The notes below the pieces were generated by a model that had not been told where the DNA came from, did not search any database, and saw only the letters and a program-made list of their open reading frames with translations. A DNA stretch of 64,000 nucleotides, taken from contig NC_092678.1 of the NCBI RefSeq assembly GCF_964355755.1, positions 12,522,352 to 12,586,351 of the forward strand, given 5' to 3'. Position numbers and translations under genes: made by a program. Shown here in pieces: positions 28,591 through 39,710 of the stretch (positions within the stretch are counted from its first letter, which is position 1; every line of letters begins with the position of its first letter). This stretch comes from Antedon mediterranea. Taxonomy: Eukaryota; Animalia; Echinodermata.

Positions 28591-28861
28591 ACGATTCTAA
28601 GAGTTTGAAAAAAAAAATAGAATTTACTTTTAGCCCAGTTTTGTTCACCAACATCCAAGAATTTTCACACGAAATCCAAATTATTGCTGTAGCCTTAGGC
28701 TAGGCCCTATAAACAAGTAACCACAAGTAATAAAGTCCGATTCTATCCTTTCTCTCTCCTCTCTCCTCCCTGGCCTCGCGCAACTTTTGTTTTGGTTAAT
28801 AGTAGAGAGGGCAGCATCATAAGTTTACCGATCTTCAGATTATTCGAGCAGGGGCCGGGTA

Positions 28862-29807
28862 GCGATTTTTTTTTTCGTACATAAGTTGGGGACCCCCTCA
28901 TGAAACGTCACAAAATAAACATGAATAATTCATCAGTTAAATTTTCTTGTTCCGTGTGCACCCAAGCGTATAGCAACAAGAAGTGATTACACAAGTGCGA
29001 TACGATTCTAGGCCTATCTTCGCTGTTGTTGCGGCGTGCGATTTCATAGAAGAATAGCGGCGTTTTGTGTGGATTGTCGAAATAATCAGCCTTTAGTTTA
29101 TGGTGTTTTTAATATAATTTTTTACTAAAGAATTACGTGTTAAAACTATAGTTTCTATTAATACTATTAGGCCTAATTATTAGTCTCTAAACCCATGTCT
29201 ATTCTAGTAGTAGCTAGCTGTGTGGATGTGTGTGACGTGTGTGTGTTAGGTATGACCAAAGATAGTTACACTATCTTTGGTATGACACAATCCGAGTAAT
29301 AAGTCAGCAAAATTAAACAATAAACATTACAAAAAAATACATGTTTATTCTCGTGGGTCAAATCTTCCCATCTCATGTGTTCATATACGCGCATTTTTTT
29401 TAAAGTTCCTTTGAGTACATGCATATTGTTTGATAATAAAATAGCAGAATTAAAAAAATGCAGTACACAAATTATACACATTCTTTATTCTTGTGGGTCT
29501 AAGCTTTCTTTGGGCTATGTCCAATGAATTACTACTTAGTTTAATGTCTTGCCGTACTTGCCTAGCTGTCGATTAGCCTCGACTCGACACATTTTGTGTG
29601 AAGAAGAGTGCGCGAAGGCAATCCCGTGAATTGACTTATAATCCTAGGCCTACTGTAGAAAGTATCGTATCGCAGTTGTGTAATCACTTCTTGTTGCTAT
29701 ACGCTTTGGTGCACACGGAACAACAAATTTAACTGATGAATTATTCATGTTTATTTTGTGACGTTTCATGAAGGGGTCCCCAACTTATGTACGAAAAAAA
29801 AAATCGC
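28862..29807. mobile_element. Mutator (MULE)-type MITE
   Basis: ~150-bp TIRs beginning GCGATTTTTTTTTTTCGTACATAAGTTGGGGACCCC. Perfect 9-bp TSD GGCCGGGTA at 28853-28861 and 29808-29816. Confidence 0.9.
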
Positions 29808-30311
29808 GGCCGGGTAGTGGGTCGTCAAACACACGGCCAGTCTGTGTGGTTCTTTTTTGGCCAGCCTGTGTGGTTCTTTTTTGGCCAGCCTGTGGTCCGG
29901 GGGCGCTAGACATTTGGCCAGCCTGTGGTCCCGAGGGCGCTAGACATTTCGGTCAGCCAGCAGCAGCCAGAGCCATATTTATTTATTTATTTGGAATTAC
30001 ACCTTTAGATCGGTGGCACACTTAGCACAAAGGTGCATCCTTCACAATATAAAATATAACAATTAACAGAAAAGTAAAAAAAGGCAAAAGCAACTATCAA
30101 CCCCTATCCTACCCCCCCCCCCCCAATTTACATCGATACATACAGTAGATCATTACTTTACACAATGAATACAAAACAAGATATAGTAAAAGTGTATAAA
30201 ATAAAATAAAATCAGCTGATAAACACAGCTTATTACGAAAAACCCCCAACTCCTCCCCCCCCCCCCCCACTTTTTTTCAATTTACTTAATGTAGCAATGT
30301 AGATAACATAG

Positions 30312-33300
30312 TTATTGAGTCATGGAATTCAGTGAATCATTTCGAAATTGCCATGCTTGTTTTAGGTATCTTTTACAAAAACTATCCAAAATATTTTCAC
30401 ACTCTTCATCAATTAAATTATCTGAGTATCCCAAAATATATTTAAGTTTGTCATTTTCAGGAGAAGTATAAAAAGTATCAAACATATCTTTGCTGCCATT
30501 TCTATACATATCCACATATAAATTAAATAATTCCTGATTACGTATATTATTTAAAGCTGGACAATTAAGGATGAAATGATGGATGTCTTCGTCCGAATTT
30601 GTACCGCACAATTTACATTTTTTATTATTATCAATATTCCAATTTGCAGTTCTATCATTCAAAGGTAGAGTATTTGAACGAGCTTTAAATTTTAATGCAG
30701 CACCTTCAAAATTAGTTTTATCAATTAAGTAATTTTCAAGTCCAGGTTTTGATTTTAATGTTTCATAGATGTTGAGACTTGATTTATTTTGTAATTCAAT
30801 TCTCCATTCATCTATCATTATATAGTTAAGTTTTCTTAAGATTTCAGTAATTGGAAAGTAGACTTCTTTATAATTTGAGAGAGTGGTGAAAATATTTTTG
30901 GATTCACAATTACACTTCAAGAGAATATCGTTTATACAAGATAGAAACTTATACCTTAAGTCTTTAAATTCACAATTAAGTTGTAGCATTCCAATAAACA
31001 TAATTTTTGGCCATCGATAGTTTTCCATCTTTATAATTCTATGGAAGTATTTCATACGAAGAGCGTTATGAATCTCGTTAATTGGAGACCAACCAAGCTC
31101 TCCATATAAGGCGGCACAAGGTGTATTTCGAGGTGCTTTTAAGATATAACGTGCCATTTGGAGCTGGAGACGCTCTAGTTTATCTATATCTATTCTACTT
31201 AAAGAGCACCATACTGAACAACCATAGTTGATAGATGGGAGAACTATCGATCTCCACAGAATATCCCCATAATATACTCTGTTAAAGTTATCAAAGCTAC
31301 TGATAATTGATTTAACGTACGCTATTAATCTTTGACCTTTTTTTATAACATTCTCAATTTGTATATGGTCATTTAATTTACGAGAAATATGTACACCGAG
31401 ATATTTATATGATTCAGTTTCAGATATAAAGCCATTACCTAATTTCCATTGTCTTACTTTATCAACACGTTTACCAGTTATCAGTATATTTGACTTTTCA
31501 AAATTAAAGCATAATTTCCATTCCTTAGCAAAATTTCCTGCAAGGTCTAACATTCTTTTCATTTCCAGTTCATTGTTAGCTAATAATACAATATCATCAG
31601 CCCAAAAAAGGCTACCCATCCATGTATCATTTATTCTAATACCTATATCCTTGGATCTTAACATTTTGGTAAACTCATTTATGTAGATGCTAAATAAAAC
31701 AGGTGATAAAACGCACCCTTGCTTTACTCCTTGATCAATATCAAAAATATCTGTATCAATTATACCAGAGGAGACTTTACCTTTAACATTAGCATAAAGC
31801 TTATCAATCATCCTCCATACCTTTCCTCTTATTCCTGTATTCCAAATTGATTTCATTAAGCCGTCTCTCCATACACTATCAAATGCTTTTCGGAAGTCCA
31901 AGAAGGCCATGTATGTATGCTTACCCTGTTGTAAGCGACAAGTTGCTATACTCTTTAAAACAAAGATATGATCTTCGCATCTATACAAAGGTCGAAAGCC
32001 TCCCTGGACTTCCGAAAGAATAGCATTGTCTTCAAGATAGAGAGAGATATTTTTGGCAACTATCCTATTAAAAATATTGGATATACAAGAGGTTAACGAT
32101 ATCCCTCGATAATTATTGAGATCACTGCGATCCCCTTTTTTGTAAATAGGAACAATTACACTAATATTCCACTCGCTTGGTATTTGTTCTAGTTTTAAAA
32201 TTTGTAAAAATAGGTCTAATATAGATCTGATTAATTTGTCGCCACCATTCTTAATTAATTCATTTGTTATATTATCTAGACCTGGTGACTTATTATTCTT
32301 TGCCATTAGTATAGCCTCTTTTACAATATCATAATCTATCTTAACATCATACAAACAATTTTCGTCAACATCTTTATCATATGTTGTTTTTGTTTGATTT
32401 CTAATATCATTAACAAAACGACTTGTAAGGTAAGTACCGCAATCATTAAGATTCATATTGGCTTTGCCAAGATTTTCCCAGTAATCTTTTACAACCTCAT
32501 TCATTTTCCCTTTTTCGACAATGTTTTCACCAGAGTCTCTTGATTTAATACATTGAATATTTTTACTGTTATTTGTATTGCCTTTTAGCACTTTCCAAAA
32601 GTCTTTACAAGATTTACCACCTTTGTTTGCAATTTCAATAGATTTGCTAACACGTTTTTCTGTGATTTTCTGAGCAACAAATTGCTTAACATGTTTCTGT
32701 GTCTCTTTATAGTGTTCCCACAGTGTAACGCCATTATCATAATTCATAGTATTATTTGTGTTATTATTATCAGTACAGTTCCTATTAGTAATTTTATTAT
32801 TTTTAACCCATGTTCTGTGTTCTCGCGACGCAATTTTCCTTTTTTTGATGGCATCTTCTATCTCTTTGTCAAACCACGGTTTGTTTTTATTATTTACACG
32901 TCTAATTCCGATACCTTCAGTGGCTGCCTCGATAATTTTTTCCTTCCACAAATCCCATGTAGTATCGATATTTTTTTCGTTACTAACATTCCAGTCATTA
33001 AATTTTTCTTCAACTTTTTGTTGATAAAAGGAATAATCTTGGTTATGTTTAATATCCCAAATTGGTTTATTTTGATTACTTGTCTGTTGATTACTTATGT
33101 TAAGATTATTTAGTGTTAACCATAACACACAATGGTCACTCCCAAAACTAAATTGTCTATGCTCATCAATAATTAGTTTATTTACATAATTTATTAAGGA
33201 TTTTGAGCATAACATGTAGTCTATCGTGCTTTGTTGATTATTTCTTTGCCATGTTATTTTACCTTCACAAAAAATAGTACTATTAAGGTTAGTTAAATTA

Positions 33301-34004
33301 GCGTTTTTAGTAAATTGTATTAGCCTTTCTCCATTTGAGTTTATTACGGGGTCTCCGTTATATATGGAGTCACCAATCCGTGCGTTAAAATCACCTAGAA
33401 GTAGAATAAGAGGATTCATTTTCTTCTCTTCAATTCTAATTATTTCAGAGAGCAGTTGGGCGTATAGATCGTCAGTCAAATCATTGTTTACTCCCTGGAC
33501 CGGGAAATATGCAACACAAATATATAATGGTACCTTATCTACGCTAACTTTTACCCATAATCTTTCAAAATCATCATCTATACAGTTTAAAACATTTTCA
33601 GATGTAACCACTATTTTGTCTGATAGGAATAACCCAATACCACCCCCCTTCTTCCCGTTACGTTCTTTCCCAACCCAGTTATAACCTTTAATAGAGATTG
33701 CGTTGCTCTCTTTTAAGTGTGTTTCAGCAATACCAAGTATATCAATACTCTTACTATATATAAACTTTTCAATTTCATAAATCCTATGTTTGCTTAAGCA
33801 GTTAATATTATTAAAACATATATTTAGGCTATTTTTACCTACAGGTATATTTTTCTTTTTCTTTCTACCTCCTCTTCGGTGTTTTGTTTGTCGCTTTGGA
33901 GCTCGAGGATGTATATCGATGTTTAGTTCATTGTTAAGTTCATCAGGTAGGATGCTATAAATGTTCGGTGTTTCGATATTAATATCTACATTGCTGGCAT
34001 TGTC
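30312..34004 (-). CDS. LINE ORF2: AP endonuclease + reverse transcriptase + C-terminal CCHC (1230 codons open, no initiator AUG)
   Basis: Frame stays open upstream of the track's 33611 start up to the ORF1 stop (NICFNNIN, DILGIAETH, GGGIG, GDFNAR, IDY, SDH). RT motifs FLDFRKAFD, QGCVLSP, FWADD. C-terminal CKLC..HHFILNC. Confidence 0.9.
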   Translation of the reverse strand, partial: DNASNVDINIETPNIYSILPDELNNELNIDIHPRAPKRQTKHRRGGRKKKKNIPVGKNSLNICFNNINCLSKHRIYEIEKFIYSKSIDILGIAETHLKESNAISIKGYNWVGKERNGKKGGGIGLFLSDKIVVTSENVLNCIDDDFERLWVKVSVDKVPLYICVAYFPVQGVNNDLTDDLYAQLLSEIIRIEEKKMNPLILLLGDFNARIGDSIYNGDPVINSNGERLIQFTKNANLTNLNSTIFCEGKITWQRNNQQSTIDYMLCSKSLINYVNKLIIDEHRQFSFGSDHCVLWLTLNNLNISNQQTSNQNKPIWDIKHNQDYSFYQQKVEEKFNDWNVSNEKNIDTTWDLWKEKIIEAATEGIGIRRVNNKNKPWFDKEIEDAIKKRKIASREHRTWVKNNKITNRNCTDNNNTNNTMNYDNGVTLWEHYKETQKHVKQFVAQKITEKRVSKSIEIANKGGKSCKDFWKVLKGNTNNSKNIQCIKSRDSGENIVEKGKMNEVVKDYWENLGKANMNLNDCGTYLTSRFVNDIRNQTKTTYDKDVDENCLYDVKIDYDIVKEAILMAKNNKSPGLDNITNELIKNGGDKLIRSILDLFLQILKLEQIPSEWNISVIVPIYKKGDRSDLNNYRGISLTSCISNIFNRIVAKNISLYLEDNAILSEVQGGFRPLYRCEDHIFVLKSIATCRLQQGKHTYMAFLDFRKAFDSVWRDGLMKSIWNTGIRGKVWRMIDKLYANVKGKVSSGIIDTDIFDIDQGVKQGCVLSPVLFSIYINEFTKMLRSKDIGIRINDTWMGSLFWADDIVLLANNELEMKRMLDLAGNFAKEWKLCFNFEKSNILITGKRVDKVRQWKLGNGFISETESYKYLGVHISRKLNDHIQIENVIKKGQRLIAYVKSIISSFDNFNRVYYGDILWRSIVLPSINYGCSVWCSLSRIDIDKLERLQLQMARYILKAPRNTPCAALYGELGWSPINEIHNALRMKYFHRIIKMENYRWPKIMFIGMLQLNCEFKDLRYKFLSCINDILLKCNCESKNIFTTLSNYKEVYFPITEILRKLNYIMIDEWRIELQNKSSLNIYETLKSKPGLENYLIDKTNFEGAALKFKARSNTLPLNDRTANWNIDNNKKCKLCGTNSDEDIHHFILNCPALNNIRNQELFNLYVDMYRNGSKDMFDTFYTSPENDKLKYILGYSDNLIDEECENILDSFCKRYLKQAWQFRNDSLNSMTQ

Positions 34005-34913
34005 CTATGTTGAACGATTTAAATTATTGCGACATAGATATGATTTGTGTCCATGCTTGTGGCAAATGTTACAATACACTGGCTCATTATGGAAACAATT
34101 TCTTGTTTCATGGTTCATAAGACCACATTTGGAGCAGTGAGAATTGTGACGGCCAGAATTTCTGTAATTAATAGTCTGCATTCCATAGACAGGATAATAG
34201 CTACCTGAGAGGTCGGTGTCACATTGGTCGTGTGCAGACGGTCTTGATATATCTTGCGCTAATTCCCTCTTTGATGATCTAGCTGAATGGCTGTTCTTAA
34301 CTCGCTGGTGACGATGCGATCTTGTGAATGTAGGTCTGCTTTTCCTGGTCACATCAGGGATGATACTGTGAACTGCATTGATGTTGTGAAGTAGAACATG
34401 AGTTCCATCCTTGGAAAGATGTAATCCTCCACTATTCAGGTTTCTTTTGATAATATTTCCATTAAGTAGCCTAAATGATTCATTATGATCAATAATTGAA
34501 CAATTCTCATTGGAATCCACGATTTGCCTGATGTTTGCATTAAATCTATTGACACGTTGTTGATGATCGGTCTTGTCCAACCTAGGGCATACAGTAGATA
34601 AGGCTAACTTACATCCGGGGTGTAGTTGACTTAGATTTTCAACCATTTCAGTATACTGATTGATACCAAGTTCAACTTGGTTATCCGAGTTGCAATCATT
34701 GGTTCCCACGTGTATAATAATAGTTTGGAAATCGCCAGCATCTTTTAGTTGATTATATACATCTGTAGATTTAGCACCACGCATACATTTTACTTTGGTA
34801 CATTTCAACCCTCTTTCATTGATGTCTCTAATCATTGAGTCACCAATTAGTAATGTGTCATATATCTTTTGTGCATTGTCATTTCCTTTGTTTTGTGCTG
34901 GTTGGTAGTGCAT
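34005..34913 (-). CDS. LINE ORF1 C-terminal part: SGNH esterase + two CCHC zinc knuckles
   Basis: LLIGDSM, IIIHVGTND, GGLHL; CSKCGLMNHETRNC and CNICHKHGHKSYLC. Confidence 0.85.
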   Translation of the reverse strand: MHYQPAQNKGNDNAQKIYDTLLIGDSMIRDINERGLKCTKVKCMRGAKSTDVYNQLKDAGDFQTIIIHVGTNDCNSDNQVELGINQYTEMVENLSQLHPGCKLALSTVCPRLDKTDHQQRVNRFNANIRQIVDSNENCSIIDHNESFRLLNGNIIKRNLNSGGLHLSKDGTHVLLHNINAVHSIIPDVTRKSRPTFTRSHRHQRVKNSHSARSSKRELAQDISRPSAHDQCDTDLSGSYYPVYGMQTINYRNSGRHNSHCSKCGLMNHETRNCFHNEPVYCNICHKHGHKSYLCRNNLNRST

Positions 34914-35535
34914 TTCCTGTGCTTTGTGATGGCTTTGAACTTCCTTTGTTCTGCAGTACCTTCTTATCCTTAATCTGATCTGATTTTCGAGAACTCATTG
35001 GCTTAACATTTGAATTGTTAATTAATGGCGCGGGCCTCCAACAGGGATTGCTATTTGGTCCTTGTTGGTTAAGCTCAATCTGAAGGTTCTCTATTTTAAC
35101 TGACTGTTCACTGACAACGTTAGACAAGCGTGTAATTTCCTTATTTAGATCCATTATCACTGATTCATGATCTGAATGAAGCCTCATGAGTGTTTTCATT
35201 GCCTGTGGTATTTCCTTGCAAAGTGGGCATATCCACACTTTAGGATTCGACGAAGCTTTGATATTCAAACAAATTTTATGAAAATGTTCTTGGCATAAAG
35301 CACATTCAAGTGGCTTACCTTTGTCAATATTTACATACTGACAGCCTTCTAAACATTTAATTTTCGATGATGTTAAACTTGTTTGAGATGCTGTAACAGG
35401 TCTAGTGATTGTATTATCGCTACTAGTAGTTGGGATATCCATATTTGATAAGTTTTGCGATTGTATAACTATAGAGTTATCAACATTACTAGTGTTACTT
35501 ATTGTTTCCAACTGTTGTTTTTCCTTTGATTGCAT
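34879..35535 (-). CDS. LINE ORF1 N-terminal part: PHD finger + coiled coil (frameshifted from the esterase part)
   Basis: C..C...CALCQEHFHKIC...WICPLC followed by a heptad-rich stretch. First ATG at 35535. Confidence 0.8.
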   Translation of the reverse strand: MQSKEKQQLETISNTSNVDNSIVIQSQNLSNMDIPTTSSDNTITRPVTASQTSLTSSKIKCLEGCQYVNIDKGKPLECALCQEHFHKICLNIKASSNPKVWICPLCKEIPQAMKTLMRLHSDHESVIMDLNKEITRLSNVVSEQSVKIENLQIELNQQGPNSNPCWRPAPLINNSNVKPMSSRKSDQIKDKKVLQNKGSSKPSQSTGNALPTSTKQRK

Positions 35536-35902
35536 TATTGATGATACATTGAAGTAGATTATAAATGGAATTAAAGATATAGCCTGATGAAACAATATTT
35601 AAAACTTAGCTTTTTCGAGATAGCTTACTTGAAACAAAGCAGATCGCAGAAGGTGTTTGTATTGGCTTTGTTCCCTGAATGCTTGGCTTGTAAGAAAGCT
35701 AGGTTTTTGGTCACAGCCTAAGATTTTGTAGAGTCAAAATCTTACAAATCTTCCAAACTTGAATTCCAGTAATATACATAAAACAGCAATAAGTACTTTA
35801 ACTTCCAAAAGGTTTGTTGTTTTGTGGAGAAAAAAAATAGAATAATACTTACAAATGCTTAAAACAACGCGAGCTTTTGCGACGTGTAGCTTTTGCGACC
35901 CC

Positions 35903-38350
35903 TAGCATAATAGACAGGTTCCATTTCTTAAAAAACGGCCTAGAAAACGAATCAAGAAGCATTTTTGGGTAGAAGCTGGGATCCCAAGCGAAATTCGGCC
36001 ATCTAAGCCCTTAATTTGCATAATTAAAAATGGCGGCCATTTTTTATAATTACCCTATATCTCGAGAACCACTAGTCACAGATAATTAATTTTGGTGTCA
36101 AAATGTTTTAAATATATGTTTTATATTCACTTTAATGACACATTTTCTCAAAAAATGGATGCAAGTCTTATTTCTGACATTTTGACCTTTGACCTTGATT
36201 TATCGTATCTCAGTAACCAATAATCGGAGAGACACGAAATAGGGCTCAAATTGTTCAGAAACTATACATTCTTATTTATTATAATGAAATGTTTTTACAA
36301 AAAATGGCCGATTCTACAACTATTGACCTTTGAACTATTAGTCAAATATAATAATATAATAATAATATAACTTTGAAAATTGTGGTCTTATGAATTTTTT
36401 TTTCTTTTTAAATTGTTTAAACCATGTGTATTTCTATCCAGTCTAATGGCACATTTTGTACAAGAATGTCCGATAGTATGGTTATTGACCTTTAAACTAC
36501 AGCATAGGCCTACTGTATACCGTACTGAATATAATATAATTGCATAACTATGAAATTATTTATACACAATAATAATTAGTAAAATTATAAAATTCACTGC
36601 CATCAAATATGATGTGTTATGATTTATATAGATTAAAAAAAAAATTTGAATACGCAAGTTACATTTGTTGAAATTTGAAATTACCTGCCATCAATATGAT
36701 GGAGTATGATTATAGATTTTCTAAAATGTGAACATGTCGGCTACATTTGGAAATTACCTGCCATCAATATGATGGATTATGATTATAGATTTAAAAAAGA
36801 ATTTGAACACGTCTCAGCTACATTTGGAAATTACCTGCCATCAATATGATGGATTATGATTGTATAGTACCTGCCATCAATATGATGGATTATGATTATA
36901 GATTTAAAAAAGAATTTGAACACGTAAGCTACATTTGAAAATTACCTGCCATCAATATGATGGATTATGATTGTATAGATTTAAAAGAAAATGTGAACAC
37001 GTAAGCTACATTTGGAATGAACATGTTAAGGGCATCAGTTAAGATCATTCATGCAAAGGTTTCCGTCATCTTTAGCGTTGTTACAGCAGCATAAAGCTGT
37101 ACATGGTAGTTTTGACTTCTTACACCTACATCTATTGGTTATGCATCGTGTCTTGCATCCGCAATAAATCATCTCTAACGAAGCAGTAAGAATAGCTTCA
37201 TTTTTCAGAAGCACTGGTTGAAGTTTACCATTAGATAGCTCCCAACCAATATGTTGGTGACGGAAAATGCTGGATTGGCGATACAGCTTTTTTCCATACG
37301 AGTGCTTGGAAGTGTGCTCTTTTTATATTTGGTGCACTGCATCGCTTAAATTGTTGGAGGTAATGCCTCTGGTGTTTTTTTTTAAAGCCTAATTTAATTG
37401 GTACTTTTAACTTGACCAACACCGTAAACGTAGCAAATGAATCTTACCGATTTCATAATAACTTGGTCACTGATAGGTTTTCTCCCAGGTCTTTAATTAG
37501 TTCATACTTTTTTTTTTAATACTTCCCATGCCGATGCCTTTGAGTGACCACTTAGATATGAGCAGTGAAGAGTTAAATTACTGTATGTATATGTATTAAT
37601 GTAATTTAACTCTTCCCTGGATATGAGTAGTATCGCATCCAATAATAGTGTGGAATAGAATCAGTGCTTTTGTAGAACCCTCGGGCAAGGCTTGAAAATG
37701 TCTTTTATAGATACTTTCTTTTTTTGGATGTCCCTGTCATCATCCATTTGGATACCATGCTTTGGTAGTGAGACACTAGAATCACTAGTACGTCTGTATC
37801 CCTAGAAGCAACTACAACTGTGTCGTATCGGACATTGGCAGCATGACAAGTCTCGTGTCCGATTCTTCATGGTCTGCTACCAGAGACAACGTATTCGTGT
37901 AGACTTTTGATGATTTAACAACTGATTCTTTCATAAATCCACCAGCTGTGACAATTTCTTTGTCTATAGGAGCTTGATGAATCAACTCCTCTGATAGAAA
38001 TCGTGTCAGATCTGCATTATTATCTTGTAATGCCAAAAAGTTTGACCAGCAATTTGGCAGCGGTATTTCACCACTTTCTATAATTCGACGAATTGGTCTC
38101 TGTGTTTTGGTTCATCTTTGTCTGGTGGTGTCCTTTATCGACAGTTTCAAGTTAGGCATGCCATGTTAAAAAAAAAAAACCAGAGCCATTACCTCCAACA
38201 AGCGATGCAGTGCACCAGCATATAAAAAGAGCACACTTCCAAGCACTCGTATTGAAAAAAGCTGTATCGCCAATCCAGCATTTGCCATCACCAACAGATT
38301 TTGGGTGGGAGCTATCTAATGGTAAACTTCAACCAGTGCTTCTGAAAAAT
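35903..38350 (-). pseudogene. AcademX-type transposon relic (XPG-like nuclease + Cys-rich C-terminus) with one terminal repeat
   Basis: Broken frames give HEESDTRL, DTDVLVILV, FHTIIGCDT, IKRAHFQALVW and CGCKTRCITNRCRCKKSKLPCTALC. TAG-starting end at 35903 with AAAATGGCGGCCATTTT and TGACCTT motifs. Confidence 0.7.
36590..37017. repeat. Minisatellite, ~70-76-bp unit, about 6 copies
   Basis: Repeated TTACCTGCCATCAATATGATGGATTATGATT..GCTACATTTG. Confidence 0.85.
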
Positions 38351-39017
38351 GTACATCTAAGCTTTTTTTAAATTTATTTAAAATATCTCATTACTACATA
38401 TTTTACAATATGAAGGATATCAGTGGGAAAGTCACTTCGCGTTTTGACCGTTAAATCGTGTAAAATCGACTTACTTCCGCATTGACGATTGACCTATCGT
38501 TGAAAACTGAAACCACGATTTTTCGTCGCCTAGCAAATAAGTGCTGTTTTATTTTAAGCTCTCATGAATATTTAAGAACCGCCCAACATTACCTATTATG
38601 GTAAAAGCATTTCCTAATAAGTATTATTGAATAACCAATCGGTTTCCTTCAAAGAAACCGAAGCTAATACAATACATTCGGCGACTGAAGTCGGGACTCG
38701 TGAAATTTATAAATGTGGTACGATTTGACTACTGTTTTGTTGTCCATTTTCTGAATAGTCGGAGGTGCATCCCAACAAATCAAAACAATTATAATCAATT
38801 GTTTTATCAAGAATAATATTAGTTTAATCGAGTATGATATATTTCTATCCTGTTCAAAATGTGTTGGTGTATTCTCAGGCCTCGAAAGGTAGGTACATTT
38901 TCTAGCTGTGAGCGTGGTTTCGGCAACGCGAGACACGTGTGTCAGTATAGGCGATAGCGAGACGTGTGTTGTACTGTGTTGATGCTGTTTTTAATATAAT
39001 TTATTACTAAAGAATTA

Positions 39018-39710
39018 TGTACATCTAAGCTGTTTTTAAATTTATTTAAAATATCTCATTACTACATATTTTACAATATGAAGGATATGATGATTAGACT
39101 ATACGTACTTGACTTATTGAGAACAATGTAAACTTCTGATGGGACTAAAATCAAGGCCTACTATAGGCCTAGTTTCCGGCGGGCGTATTTTTACAATCTA
39201 AAAAATAAAATAAAGATTTTAAAATGATAGATGGGATATGAGGAGTGTGATCATTACCAATATTATGAATTAGAGAGTTATGTACATCTAAGCTGTTTTT
39301 AAATTTATTTAAAATATCTCATTACTACATATTTTACAATATGAAGGATATGTTGATTAGACTATACGTACTTGACTTATTGAGAACAATGTAAACTGCT
39401 GATGGGACTAAAATCAAGGCCTACTATAGGCCTAGTTTCTGGTGGGCGTATTTTTACAATCTAAAAAATAAAATGAAAATTTTAAAATGATAGATGGGAT
39501 ATGAGGAGTGTGATCATTACCAATATTATGAATTAGAGAGTTATGTACATCTAAGCTTTTTTTTTAATTTATTGAAAATATCTCATTACTACATATTTTA
39601 CAATATTAAGGATATGTTGATTAGACTATACATACGTACTTGACTTATTGAGAACAATGATGCTGATGGGACTAAGATCAAGGCCTACTATATAGGCCTA
39701 GTTTCCTAGT
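39018..39710. repeat. 263-bp tandem repeat, ~2.6 copies (partial copy also at 38350-38420)
   Basis: TGTACATCTAAGC at 39018, 39281 and 39544. Confidence 0.85.

Larger units (their letters stand above)
29977..35902 (-). mobile_element. Near full-length non-LTR retrotransposon (RTEX/Proto2-like by ORF2 C-terminus; clade inferred)
   Basis: 5' UTR, ORF1 (PHD, esterase, CCHC), ORF2 (APE-RT-CCHC), 3' UTR with G-runs and an (AAAT)n tail at 29977-29992. Confidence 0.9.

Noticed and set aside
32682-33684. Antisense ORFs of 88-143 aa over LINE ORF2 (similar ones overlie the MULE and Sema exons)
   Set aside because: Shadow ORFs of real coding frames with no independent features.
36590-37017. CRISPR-like spaced repeats
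   Set aside because: The intervening sequences are themselves similar, the context is eukaryotic and there are no cas genes; this is a minisatellite.
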